From assembly GCA_028534125.1 (NCBI GenBank), contig CM052818.1:43960001-44024000 (forward strand): 64,000 nucleotides of DNA, given 5' to 3'. The notes beneath the pieces were generated by a model. It was not told where the DNA came from. It searched no databases and worked only from the letters and a program-made list of their open reading frames with translations. Made by a program: the position numbers and the translations under genes. This DNA comes from Lama glama. Taxonomy: Eukaryota. Each line of letters begins with the position of its first letter. The first letter of the stretch is position 1. This document shows, one piece after another, positions 40,531-51,479 of this stretch.

Positions 40531-40916
40531 TCTTGAGATCATCTGTATGCTGTCCCCAAAGATGAGTGAAAAGTGTCTCCTGTCCTCAATTATGCTAAAC
40601 TTGAAAGAATCTAAATTGAATGGAGGCCATAAACAACCCAAGCTCCCTACAGCTAGAGCCCTTCTGCTGAGAGATGGAGGTGGATGGCTTGGGCTTGGCA
40701 GACTCGTGGATGAGTCCACTCCCTGCATGTCAAACAGGATGAGCAAGGGGTGCACGGGTGGTCAGGGGAGGCCACAGAACTGTGTCTAGGGAGGATGCTG
40801 GCCCGGAGAGGTGAGCAATTCCAAAAACGCCATCAACCCAAATCCTGTCAACAAGATTCTCACAATAGATACAGACCCAGGGGTCAATTCAAAGTTTCTA
40901 ACCTAAGTTTAAATAA

Positions 40917-40951
40917 TCTTCTTTGAAGAAATGTCTATTCAATCCTTTGTC

Positions 40952-41005
<54 letters not shown>

Positions 41006-41339
41006 TACTACTGACTTGTAGGAGTTCCTTATATATTTGGAATATTAAGCCCTTATCAGAAACATGGTTTTCAAATAACTTCTCCCATTTCAGGTTTTCC
41101 ATTCACTCTGTTGATGTTTTTCTTTGCTGTGCAGAAAGTTCTTCATGTAACAGAGTCTGATTTGTCCCTTTTTCTTTTGTTGCTTGTGCTTTTGGTGTCA
41201 TACCCAAGAATCCTTGCCTAGACCAATGCCATGAAGCTTTCCCCCTATTTTCTTCCAGGACTTTTACAGTTTTAGGTCTTATATTTAAATCTTTAATTCA
41301 TCTGAGTTGATGTTTGGATAAGATAAGGGCCCAATTTCA
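40917..41339 (-). mobile_element. L1 ORF2 segment, inverted 5' part of an L1MA9/L1MB-like insertion
   Basis: tcttctttgaagaaatgtctattc...ctttgctgtgcagaaa...tgcttttggtgtcata...ttttaggtcttatatttaaatctttaattcat; contains a (tat)n microsatellite at about 40953-41003. Confidence 0.9.
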
Positions 41340-42150
41340 GAAGACATTCAGATGGCTGAAGAGTATGTGGAAAGATGTTTGGCAGCGCGAATCATCAGAG
41401 AAACGCACGTCAACCATGAGATGTCACCTCATGGCTGTCAGAATGGCCATTATTACAAAAGAAGAAAGAAAAAAAGATAACAAGTGTTGGCAAGGATGTG
41501 GAGAAATTGGAATTCTTATACACTGTTGGCGTGAATGTGAAATGGTGTAACCACAATGGGAAAGAGTATGGAGGTTCCTTAAAAACTTGGTATAGGGCTC
41601 CCATAGAATTCAGCAATCCTGCCTCTGGGTATATGCTCAAAAGTATTAAAATCAGAATCCCAAAGAGATATCTGCACGCCCATGTTCTCTGGGTCACTAT
41701 TGCCAATAGTTGAGATCTGGAACAACCTAGTGAATGAATGGATACAGAAAGTGCGGTACCTGCACACACCAACATACAATGGAGTATCATTTAGCCTTGA
41801 AAAGGAAGGAAATTCCACCATATGAAACAACATGGACGGAGCTGGAGGACATTATGCTGAAATAAAATAAGCCAGTCACAAAGGGGCAAATGCTGTGTGG
41901 GTCTGCTTACATGAGGTTTCTAAAATAAAACAAACTTATAGAAGCAGAGAGTAGAAGGATGGTTGCCCGCTGCTGGGGGGGAGGGGGCAGTGGGACGTCC
42001 CTAGTCAAAGGGTACGGAGTTTCAGCTACACAGGACGAGTACCAGGAGAGCTCTGCCGTGCAGTAGTGTGTCCACCGTGAACAACGCTGCATTGTGCGCT
42101 TGGAAATTTAAGAGGGTCGATCTCATATTAGTGTCCTTACCACCATGAAA
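41340..42150 (+). mobile_element. L1MA9/L1MB-like ORF2 end and 3'UTR
   Basis: gaagacattcagatggc...aacaagtgttggcaaggatgtggagaaattggaa...gaggacattatgctgaa...taagagggtcgatctcatattagtgtccttaccac. Confidence 0.9.
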
Positions 42151-42219
42151 GTGAATGGTCTTAAGCTCCTACTAAAAAGTAGGTGTGCTCTCCCAGCATC
42201 ACTAAACTGAGGTTCCCCA

Positions 42220-42398
42220 TCACTGGTTCTCCCCTTGGCCTGCACACGAAAATGCTTTAGCGGTATTTTAACAAATGCAGATGTCTGGGCTTCCCCCCCC
42301 AAAGTCTATTTCATGGTCTAGGATGCATCCCTGGCACTAATCGTTTTTAAAATCTTCACAAATGAACTCACAGGCAGCCAGGTTTGAGAATCAGTGAC
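42220..42398. mobile_element. MER5A/B-like MITE
   Basis: cactggttctc...aaatgcagatgtctgggc...gcagccaggtttgagaatcagtg, with imperfect terminal inverted repeats. Confidence 0.75.
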
Positions 42399-44244
42399 TT
42401 GGAGAATTCTCTTATCTTCCATGCAACTCATTTGCACAATTTAAAGGATGAGTCATATGGTGTCACCTTTCTCTTTCACCTCTCAGCTTCAGTGGCCTTT
42501 ACTACTTAGCATTCAGTGTTCCCTTCCCTCAGCTTCTTAACCTGCCAGTGGTGCACACTAATTCAACCCAGGGCCCTAACTCCTTGGATTTCCCAACTCA
42601 GGGAATTCTCTTTAAAAAGGGACATCGATTCTTAAACAACAATGGCGGAAACCACAGGGGAGATCTGAGGGGACTTTTGAAGGCTTCTAAGGGAGACTGT
42701 GTAGAAAACTCTGCACTGTTATTGGGTATAAGCCAATCCCACCCAGAGTACAAACCCTCCTTGGAAAAACACCGTCTGATTTTAAGTTGAAGCCCATTCC
42801 TGAGCCTTTGAATTAATGCAAGGAATGATCTATTTTTCTTTGGTCGTAAGGCGACCTCACAAATCCTAGTTGATCACAACACTCCCAGAGCTCCAAAGGA
42901 ACCCTCTCGCAGGTGACCAGTTGGCCCAGGATCACAGCATCTAGTTCAGCATCTACCCCGCACCAGGCTGTGCTGCCCCCTGGGCCCTGCCCTCAGAGAG
43001 CTGCCTTCCAGAGGACGGAGAAACTCAGGGCCACAATCCAGGACAATGAGGGAAGTGCTGTGAGGACACAGAGAGAGGACCCGTTGCTCAAACTGGACCA
43101 GGTGTGTGGATCGGGGAAGACTTCCTGGAGGAGGTAAGGCCTGAGGCAGAGGGGCCAGTGTGAGCAAAGGTGTGGGGTGGTAAACGTGTGACTCGGAGGA
43201 CTGGGCAGGTCACTGCACTAGACTCAAGAGCCTTCGATAACGCTCATCCCAACACAGTCAAAGTTCCTGGTGTGCAGTTAAGTAGCTGGGCCCTCCTTTT
43301 CCGAGCCCTGCTTTCCAGCTGTAGAATGGAGCAGTGAGCAATCGTCTCTGTCCCCAGCTTCCCATGGTTCTAGGTTCAGGAAGACTTGGAAGCCACTCTC
43401 CCATGCAAAGCAGATAATTCCATCTACTCGGTGACTTCTCATTCTCCTTTTAGTCGGTGCCAAGCGACACCCCCTCCTTTCACCAGCAGAAGAGGCCAAA
43501 GGATATGAAAATAAGTCTTGTGCAACAAATCCAAACAGCACAAGCATCTACGGGTCGTGGTGCGGTGTGGCGCCTCCACCCGGCCTGGCCAGGTCTCCGG
43601 CAGACAATGCGCTCAGTTGCATTTGTGCAGGAAAGTGGCCGCCAAAGGACAGCGCAGTGTCCTGCCGGGGCAGTGGCACTGGGGCTGACTCCAGGCCCGG
43701 CCCGGGGCGTGAGCTAACCATCCACTGGGCTGTGGTTAGTGAGCTTTGGTTTCTGGTTCCCCAAGGGAGGGCAGAAGGGTCTTTAGAGCTGTTTTTCTTT
43801 GATTTCCTGCCTCTTCTTTCTTCTTGAAGAAAATTAAACAAAATTTGTTCAGAATCCAAAGGCAACAGCGTCTTTAGTACAAGGCAGATCTCCCTCCCCT
43901 TGCTGTCCTGTCCCGTTGTTCACTGCAAGAGGTTACTTGATTTAATTTAATTTTTAATAACTGTACTGAACCCTGTCCGTGGTGTGGCTCTGCCCACTTA
44001 AGCTGTCAGGGAGCCCTTGGACACAGCTGCTCCCCAGGCTACAATTCTGTCGCTGCTCCGTGACCAGCTACCTGGCTTTGAGGGCAGAGGCACAAGCTAA
44101 CTCTTCCTGAGTGTCTGCTGCTTCGGTCTCTTCAGATGAAGCAAATGCTCTCATCTGTCATGTGCTATAAGCATTAATATTACCACTGTCATGGTATCCT
44201 CCCCACTTTGCAGATGGAAAACCACCAGCTATGCCTTAACAGTT

Positions 44245-44276
44245 GGCTTCAACTGCCTCAGGCTTCAACTGCCTCA
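44245..44276. repeat. Perfect 16-bp tandem duplication
   Basis: ggcttcaactgcctca x2. Confidence 0.9.
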
Positions 44277-44694
44277 CTAGAGGATCTGTCTGAACTGGAA
44301 ATGGTTCTGTGGGCATCTGGGCCCCTAGGCAGTCCTGCATCCCAGGGGAGGAGCTTGGAAACGAGGGTGGACCCAGCCACATACTGGGCAACAAGAACCA
44401 CCACAAAAATGAAACAGCATCCAGTGTGCTTGCAAATTTTGAAGATTTTTCTGCTTCATTCTTCAGTTAAATTTCTACCCGGCTGCTGAGAAAACGAACA
44501 GAACAGCTCTGTCCATGGTAGACAGCAGCCTGAATCACCCAGGTGACGACCTCCTTCTGATGTCATAGGTGCCTCAGACGCCAGCACGCCCTTTCGGGAC
44601 CAGTTCAAATGCCTCCCTCCCTGGAAAGCTTTACACATACATGCATCTGCACACATGTATGCACATGTGTCTAGAGGATACATACATACCTCCT

Positions 44695-45030
44695 GCTGGT
44701 TCTGGAGATCCCTGACTAATAGAATGCCTTTCTCCAACTTCCGGTCAGTTGCTGGCAATCCTTGGCATTCTTTGGCTCATAGAAGCGTCACTCCAACCTC
44801 AGCCTTCACCTTCACATGGTGTTTTCCCTGTGTACATGCCTGTTTGTCCAAATTTCCCCTTTTTCTTAAAAACACCAGTCATATTGGAGTAGGGCTCACC
44901 CTAACTTTACCTTATCTTAACTCATGATTCTGCAAAAAACACCTATCTTCAAATAAAGGCACATTCTGAGGTTCTGGGAGTTAGGATTTCAATATATGAA
45001 TTTTCTGGGGATGCAGTTCAACCCATGACA
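44695..45030 (-). mobile_element. MLT1 (A/C-like) MaLR LTR
   Basis: gttgctggcaatccttggcattc...caccagtcatattggagtagggctcacccta...cacattctgaggttctgggagttaggatttcaa...ttcaacccatgaca. Confidence 0.85.
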
Positions 45031-45269
45031 CTTATTTTCCAGTTGATGCTAGAATCCCATTTACAACCTCTCTGTGCCTACCTTTGGACCAAGTGATGAA
45101 AACTGGCTCCCTTCCCAGGCAAACATCTTGAAACATCAGTTTTTTCCTGTGATTTTGGCCCTCATGGATACAGAACATATTAATTAATCTTCCTTCTGAT
45201 GAATCTAAATAATTTGAAGAAAAATGCTCCTTGTTTTGAGAAGCCCAGTCTCCCTGGAGTCAGGCATCA

Positions 45270-45440
45270 CCAACAGACTTAACCTTGGCTGCTCACTGGA
45301 ATCACTTTAAACAAAGCCTGGTGCCCAGGACCCATTGCAGACCAATCCCATCAGAATTTCTGGAGGAGGGGCCAAGCCTCACTTTGCTTTTCAAAGCTTT
45401 CCAGGTAATTCCACTGTATGGCCAAGGTTGAGAACAATGA
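45270..45440. mobile_element. MER5B-like MITE
   Basis: aaccttggctgctcactggaatcac...atcagaatttctgg...aagctttccaggtaattcc...gccaaggttgagaac. Confidence 0.75.
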
Positions 45441-46290
45441 TCTGTTAGAATACTGGGAGTTAATCTCATCTCTACAGGTGAGAAAATGGCTGGGGTCTTT
45501 GGATTCAACTAATTCTGACACACTGGGCACTCTGACCCTTAGAAGACTGGGAAAACTCTGCATGAGCTAATTCGTTCCTTTAGTTTTCAAACATGTATAT
45601 TTAAGAGACAGTGTGAGCCATCTGGTTTTAATTCAGTGACGCGCCGTCATTGGAATGCTATTTTGTAAAAAAGTGTGCTGATGCCTCAGGACTCCAGCTG
45701 AAAAGAGCTGGTTGCTCAACCTGGAAACCAAGTGGCCCGGGCTGGGTGGGTCAGGCACCAGCCTTGGAAGCCCAGAGGACCTGCCAGTGTCCACACGTGT
45801 GCTCTGCGAGCAGAAACCCCAGAAGAGCTGACGTCTTTATTTTCAGGACTGCGGAGAATGCTGACAGTCACACTTTGGAGCGGCGGTGGGGGACTGTGAC
45901 TCGCTTGTGTTCCTTTGTCCCCGTCACACGGGTACCTCCTGGAAGTCTAGGCACTGTGTTCTGCTTCTCTCTCTTTCTCACCATGAAGACTTTAACTCAT
46001 TTATCAAACTAAACTGATTTGTACCAAACTCAACCTTATAGAAAACAAAAATGACTAGTGATGATCAAATCTGAGCTGGAAGCAGCTCAATGACAGAGTG
46101 AAGTAAATGCCTCTAGGTAAAAGAGAAGCTCCCGGAACACAAATCGTTCTGAGGGAGATACACACTTAATGGAGATTATCATGAATTTTTGTAACTAGTA
46201 TGTAAGAGCTTATCTAATCCAGTTTCCTCATTTTACAGATGAAAAGAACTGAGGTCAAGAGAGTGAAAGAGATAGCAACTTACTCAAGAT

Positions 46291-46317
46291 CACACACACA
46301 CACACACACACACACAA
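46291..46317. repeat. (CA)n microsatellite within a MIR
   Basis: cacacacaca... following ctcattttacagatgaaaagaactgagg. Confidence 0.95.
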
Positions 46318-46964
46318 ACTCCTGAAACAAAAAACACATCTCTGAATGTCCAGGGCAGAAACCAGGTTTCCTGTCTCCCAGACTAGGGTTTGCCAAAGTA
46401 TCATCCTGCTGGGAGATGCCCAAATAAAAATAAAAATAAAATACAAGCATACTTTATTTTTATTTTGCTCCAGTAGTCTTGAGCAGTAGCACTCCTAGCA
46501 TTTGCTGTCAAGGACACTTTTGCTAGGCTGTCAGAAGGTAGAGGGCAGATCCTGTTCAGAAGCACGAGAGGGAAGGACGGATAGCCAAGAGTTCAGTAAG
46601 GCATGCGGAAGTGGCAAAGGCCCAGGTAGGAACCTATTTCAAGGTCAGGTAAGAATGGAAGAAGGATGTTCAAGCATGGGAGTGAGTGCATTTGCATTAC
46701 TGAACAATGCTTTCCTGCACTGGCTTTATGTTACAATGATCCAAGAAGATTTTTAAGACAACATTGGTACCCAGACTCCACCCCTCCCCCAACAATTCCA
46801 ATTGATCAGAAACGGGGCCCAGAAATTGCTAGGATTTTAAAACTTCCCTGGTGAGTGGACATGCTCTCACAGTCCGCTGAGAAATGTCGAAGGGCGTACT
46901 GGCGGAAGGATACTGAGAATACGCCTCGGGGAGACAGCTGTGGGGAGGGATGCTCAAAAGTGAG

Positions 46965-47212
46965 TCACTGTCACATGTTTGTTCGCTGTGAGCTGCCACA
47001 GGATCTTGTATATGTTTCCCTGTGCTATACAGTATAATCTTGGTTATCTGTTCTGCATACGCCTGTATGTATGTTCATGTATAATTGAAAAATTGTGCTC
47101 TATACTGGAATTGGACACAGCATTGTAAAACGACTATAACTCAATTAAAAAAAAGTTTAAAAAAAATAAATAAATAAACCAGGAAAAAACCCCTGCATTA
47201 AAAAAAAAAAAA
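46965..47212 (+). mobile_element. Short camelid L1 3' end with 5' inversion, inserted in L2
   Basis: Antisense piece (about 46965-47062) homologous to 57299-57381; sense piece gtatgttcatgtataattgaaaaattgtgctc...ctataactcaatt plus polyA; degenerate TSD 46956-46970 / 47213-47227. Confidence 0.85.
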
Positions 47213-47224
47213 AAGAGTGATTCA

Positions 47225-47480
47225 ATGGAACTTAGTGACTAGCTGGATTAGGGGTGAGGGAACGGGGAGCTTCTGGCTTTGGAAGCTCGGCAGATGATGG
47301 GTCTATTCTTGGGCTGTGGAGAAGATAGGATTCCAGGCTGGTTTGACGGGGGTGGTGATGAATTCGTGTTTAGACTTGTTGAGGGTGAGATGCCCGTGAA
47401 CCCTCCGGATGGAGTTTACAGCAGCTGGTTGTATGAAGGCGTCTGGAGCTCGGCAAGTCATTCTGCTTTGGGGATTTCTG
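47225..47480 (-). mobile_element. L2 fragment
   Basis: gatgaattcgtgtttagacttgttgagggtgagatgcccgtg...gtctggagctc. Confidence 0.7.
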
Positions 47481-50079
47481 TGCGTTAATCCGTATGAAAT
47501 CTCATCTTATTTAAGGCAAGAAATGAATCTTCCAGCCACAATAAGGCCAGCAACTAGGTCATCGAAAGCCCTGGAAATTTGAGTGTACACACTGCCACTC
47601 AGACCTCGCCCTCTGTCGGATGGCAATTCTAGGACACACCCGACCCCCACTGCAGGCATCTTGCCTGTGACCTAGGACATGTCATGTTGCTAGAAACATG
47701 CCGTTTTTATCAGTGAGGGTCTTTCCTATCCTAGAGACCCGAGTGTGTGGGGAAGTGTGGGGAGAGTGGTAGGGGACAGCAGGGGAGTGGGCAGAGGGCA
47801 GGGGATGGGGTCACCTCCATGAAAGCATTCCATTGTGTGTAGTTGGCTCTGAAGGGAGGGAGAAACAGATCATCAGTAACAGAAACGTCAGAGACCAGAA
47901 AAAGATACAAGCAGACCCTCAAATCCTAGTCTCCCCAAAAAGTTAAGCCAACAACTCAGTCTTCCATCATGCCCTCGACATCACCAAACACGATTGAGGC
48001 CAGACCACCAACTGGGGCCCCTCTAAGGCTCTGGTCACCCTCCAGTGCTCTGTCCTGTTTAGCTTGGAGTGTGTGGCTCTGCACAAGAACAAGGAAGCCA
48101 GCTTAGACAGCATCTGGGGAGTCCCTGAGGTAGAAGTGGTGGCCACTTAACTAGGAAAGGCACAGCATTTCCAATGCAATTCCCCTTGCATGGCTGCAAG
48201 AGACACGTCTCTGATGGAGCCTGACTGCCGCACATCCCAGGTGAAAGTTCATAAAAAGGCTCCCAAAGAATGAGAACTTCCCCATGCTTGGAATCCCTCT
48301 GAAATCTATGCCAGATCTCAGGTTCAGATCGTACCACATATAAGCATCATGCAAGGCGTCTGAGATACATTTTTCTGCTTATTCCCTATAAAAACTTGGC
48401 CAAGGTTTTGTTATCTACCTTGACTAAGGCAACCTAACCAATCAACGGTGAATAAGGGATGAGATGTAGGTCGACCTAGAGCACTCTGTTCACCGTCCAC
48501 TGCTGTCCATTTCTTCTTGCTTCTATAAATACATGGACATATCCACAGGCTGATGCATCTCCAGGAGCGGGAGGGCAACCTCCCCGGATTCAAGTGTCAC
48601 CTTGACCTGATTAAAGGATATTTGTTGGTTTGTCAAGGGATGTAAAAAAGTAACACACCACGTGCTGGGAACCTCGAATCTAAGTTTGAGCTTCACTGTC
48701 CACAGGCCTCATAATTACAAAGTGTGCACTGCTCTCTTTGAATAGCAGGTTTCTCTTCTTCTATAGTAAGGATAATAATACGTAACTTAAGTTTTTTTTA
48801 GATTAAACATTAAAAATGTTTCCAATAGGTTCAATTTGCTATCCTGGCCTCACTGTGTTTAACCCCCCAAATATTGAACTCTAGCCCAAAACTATGCATT
48901 GCCTTTATGTGGGTTTTGATAAGGTACAGTTGGAGTCATTACATTTGGGTATCTTTAAGCTTTAACAATCTAATTTGGTAGCACCTTTAACTAGTACAGT
49001 GGAAACAGAAGATTATCCGTTGAAAATTGAGCCTTGAGAACGATTTGGCCTGCCTTTCCCTGCACGCCTTCTCCCTGAGCTGAGATCGGCAAAAATGCCT
49101 AACAATGAGCCCAATAGGATGTACTGGTGAGACAGATGGGCTTTGGCCAGGCAGAAGAAAGCACCTGCAAATTCCAGTTTAGACTAAGACTTGTTTCTTC
49201 TGCTTGGGTCCAATGAAAAGTAGGGAAGCGAATGGTCCCGGGCCCCCTGCACTGACCTACTGCGGGTGTCCTCCCACCGGCCCAGCTGCTTGGAGGAGAA
49301 TGTCGTTCTTCTTAGATCTCCATATTTCATCTAAATCTGCCCTAGGTATTTGGCAGTAAGAAGTCTCTTTAGAGATAGGGATAGCCCAGATTTGATCTTA
49401 AAAGTTGCATGGTTTTTAAGACCAGACTTTTCTGCATCTGGGTCAGGAAAGGCAGCGAGCGAAGCTGTTTGGAGCCAGCCAAGGATTGTCTCCCCCGCTG
49501 ACTCAGAGTGTGGGCATCCTAGCGTGCAGTGAACTGTCCGCTCCCGAGAACAATGTCCCCGTTGTGAAGATCGCTGCATTCCAGAGCCTGGGCCTTCCCT
49601 GCACATGGCCCGGCGCGCCCTGGCGAGGAGGCTGGAGCACTGGTGGAAGGGAGCCCGCGGGCCGTGTTTTCTGTCGCCCCTCTCCCTTCCTGTCGGAAGG
49701 CGTCTAATTGGATGCAGCTGGATCAGCCCAGCGCTCCGAGTTTGCGTTGGCTTGAGAAAGAGGTGTGGGAAAAAACAGTTCCCACCGTACCCCGAGCCCC
49801 AGGAGACCCCTGAGATAAGGGCTCAGAATCTCACTAAAGTCACTGCGGGTGTTTTCCCAATGGCCAAGACCCGGCTGCACAAACTGAAGTCACTTTTTAA
49901 GAATGCCTGCAGATTAAGTGTCTCTCCCTCTTGAAACGTTAGGAATTAAAGTTAATAGTAAGAATAGTAATAATTTGTCGCATTACTCACTCCCCTAAGG
50001 GGTTTCCCTCGTGTTATCAGTTGACTGACTACAGTAACTTTGTTCTGAAAACAAGATGTTGTCAGACTAGGGCACAAAG

Positions 50080-50240
50080 AAAGGACAGGTAGCAAGGTGG
50101 GAAGAGCGTGATTTGGGTTCTGAACCCAGCTCTGTGAACTATCACTTGTGTGACCTTGAACAAGTCACTTATAGCTTATTCTGAATCCCTGTTTCCTCGG
50201 GCTACAAATGAGCGTATGTAAAAGCGCATTGTATTCATTT
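50080..50240 (+). mobile_element. MIR SINE
   Basis: cccagctctg...ttgtgtgaccttgaacaagtcactta...tctgaatccctgtttcctc. Confidence 0.8.
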
Positions 50241-51479
50241 CTAGCCATTATTACAAGGGATTATAAAAAGTGTGATCAGATAGTAATCAAATGAGGCTTT
50301 TTTCCATTTTGTTCCTTTTTTTTTTTGATAAAGCAGAAGGTATATATCTACATGAATGTATTTCCTTTGACGTATTTCTTCCACAAGGGAGGAAAGCTTA
50401 CTCGTCCAGCATAGCAGTCCCCAGAGCACTTTTGACTTCCAAACTGGAAGTTGGTAGAGTGCTGGCTCATGAAACACTTGACTTCACAGGACATGAGTTT
50501 CTAGTCTCATCGTTTTGTACTTATTTATTTTTATCCTCCTCGCTGAGTCACTCCATTCACTTACTTGCCTTGTCTTTGCTTTTTAGCTCTTAACAGAAAT
50601 CAAATCAATTCTCAAAGTTCAAAGATTTGAAATCAGTGAAGAAATCCCTATGTCTGTCCCTCCACATCTTAAATCAGCCCTTTACATATTGTGAGCAATA
50701 ACTGAACCAAGTTCCACCTTCCCCCATGGACTGCTTTGCCGGAGATAGAACTGACATTGATTAGATGCTTAATGTGTGCCATGCTTTCTCAGTGTTAGTT
50801 GTATCTCATGTACATCTGATCTGACCTTCATTGCAAGATAGATAATGTTTTCTCTAAAGATAATGACTCTGAAACTTGGATATTTTAATTGGTTCTCACC
50901 TACCTGATAAATAAGGGAGCTAGAATTAGACCTGAGTTCTTTCTGAGTTCAAAGTCTGTATCCTTTTTCTGTCACACCAGGCTTCCTCTTCATTCAGGAG
51001 GCTATGCACATCAAATAACCAGCCTCGTCATTTTACAGAAAAGCCTCCTTCCCTTATTTGTTCATTCAACCATATTTGTTGAGACATTTCTGTCAATGTG
51101 GTCCTAATGGGGACCTGTAGAGATCCAGGTCCCTAGGAGACACTGACTTCTCTGGATCCACGTCTCCCAAGTATTCCATTTCCCCAGTCACTCACAGTAC
51201 CACAATAGCATCATATGTTTAATAATGGCTAGAAATGAATACAATACAAAATTAATTTCTTGCATGCCACAAATCAACAATGCTTTGTCCTTAGAACACC
51301 ATTGGATACTTTAGCTGGATCCAGGTAAGATCAAAACAGAGCTCTGGAACAGAGCTAGAGCTCCTTGTTAACTGTCACACATATGCATGTAATTCTGAAA
51401 ATCTACGCCCAAAGTAAATATATATAGAATTATATTCGCCCTTTGGCTTTCCTGTACTATTGGAGACATAATTCTGTGG

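Noticed and set aside
43636..43654. CTCF site
   Set aside because: Two mismatches at core G positions of the motif
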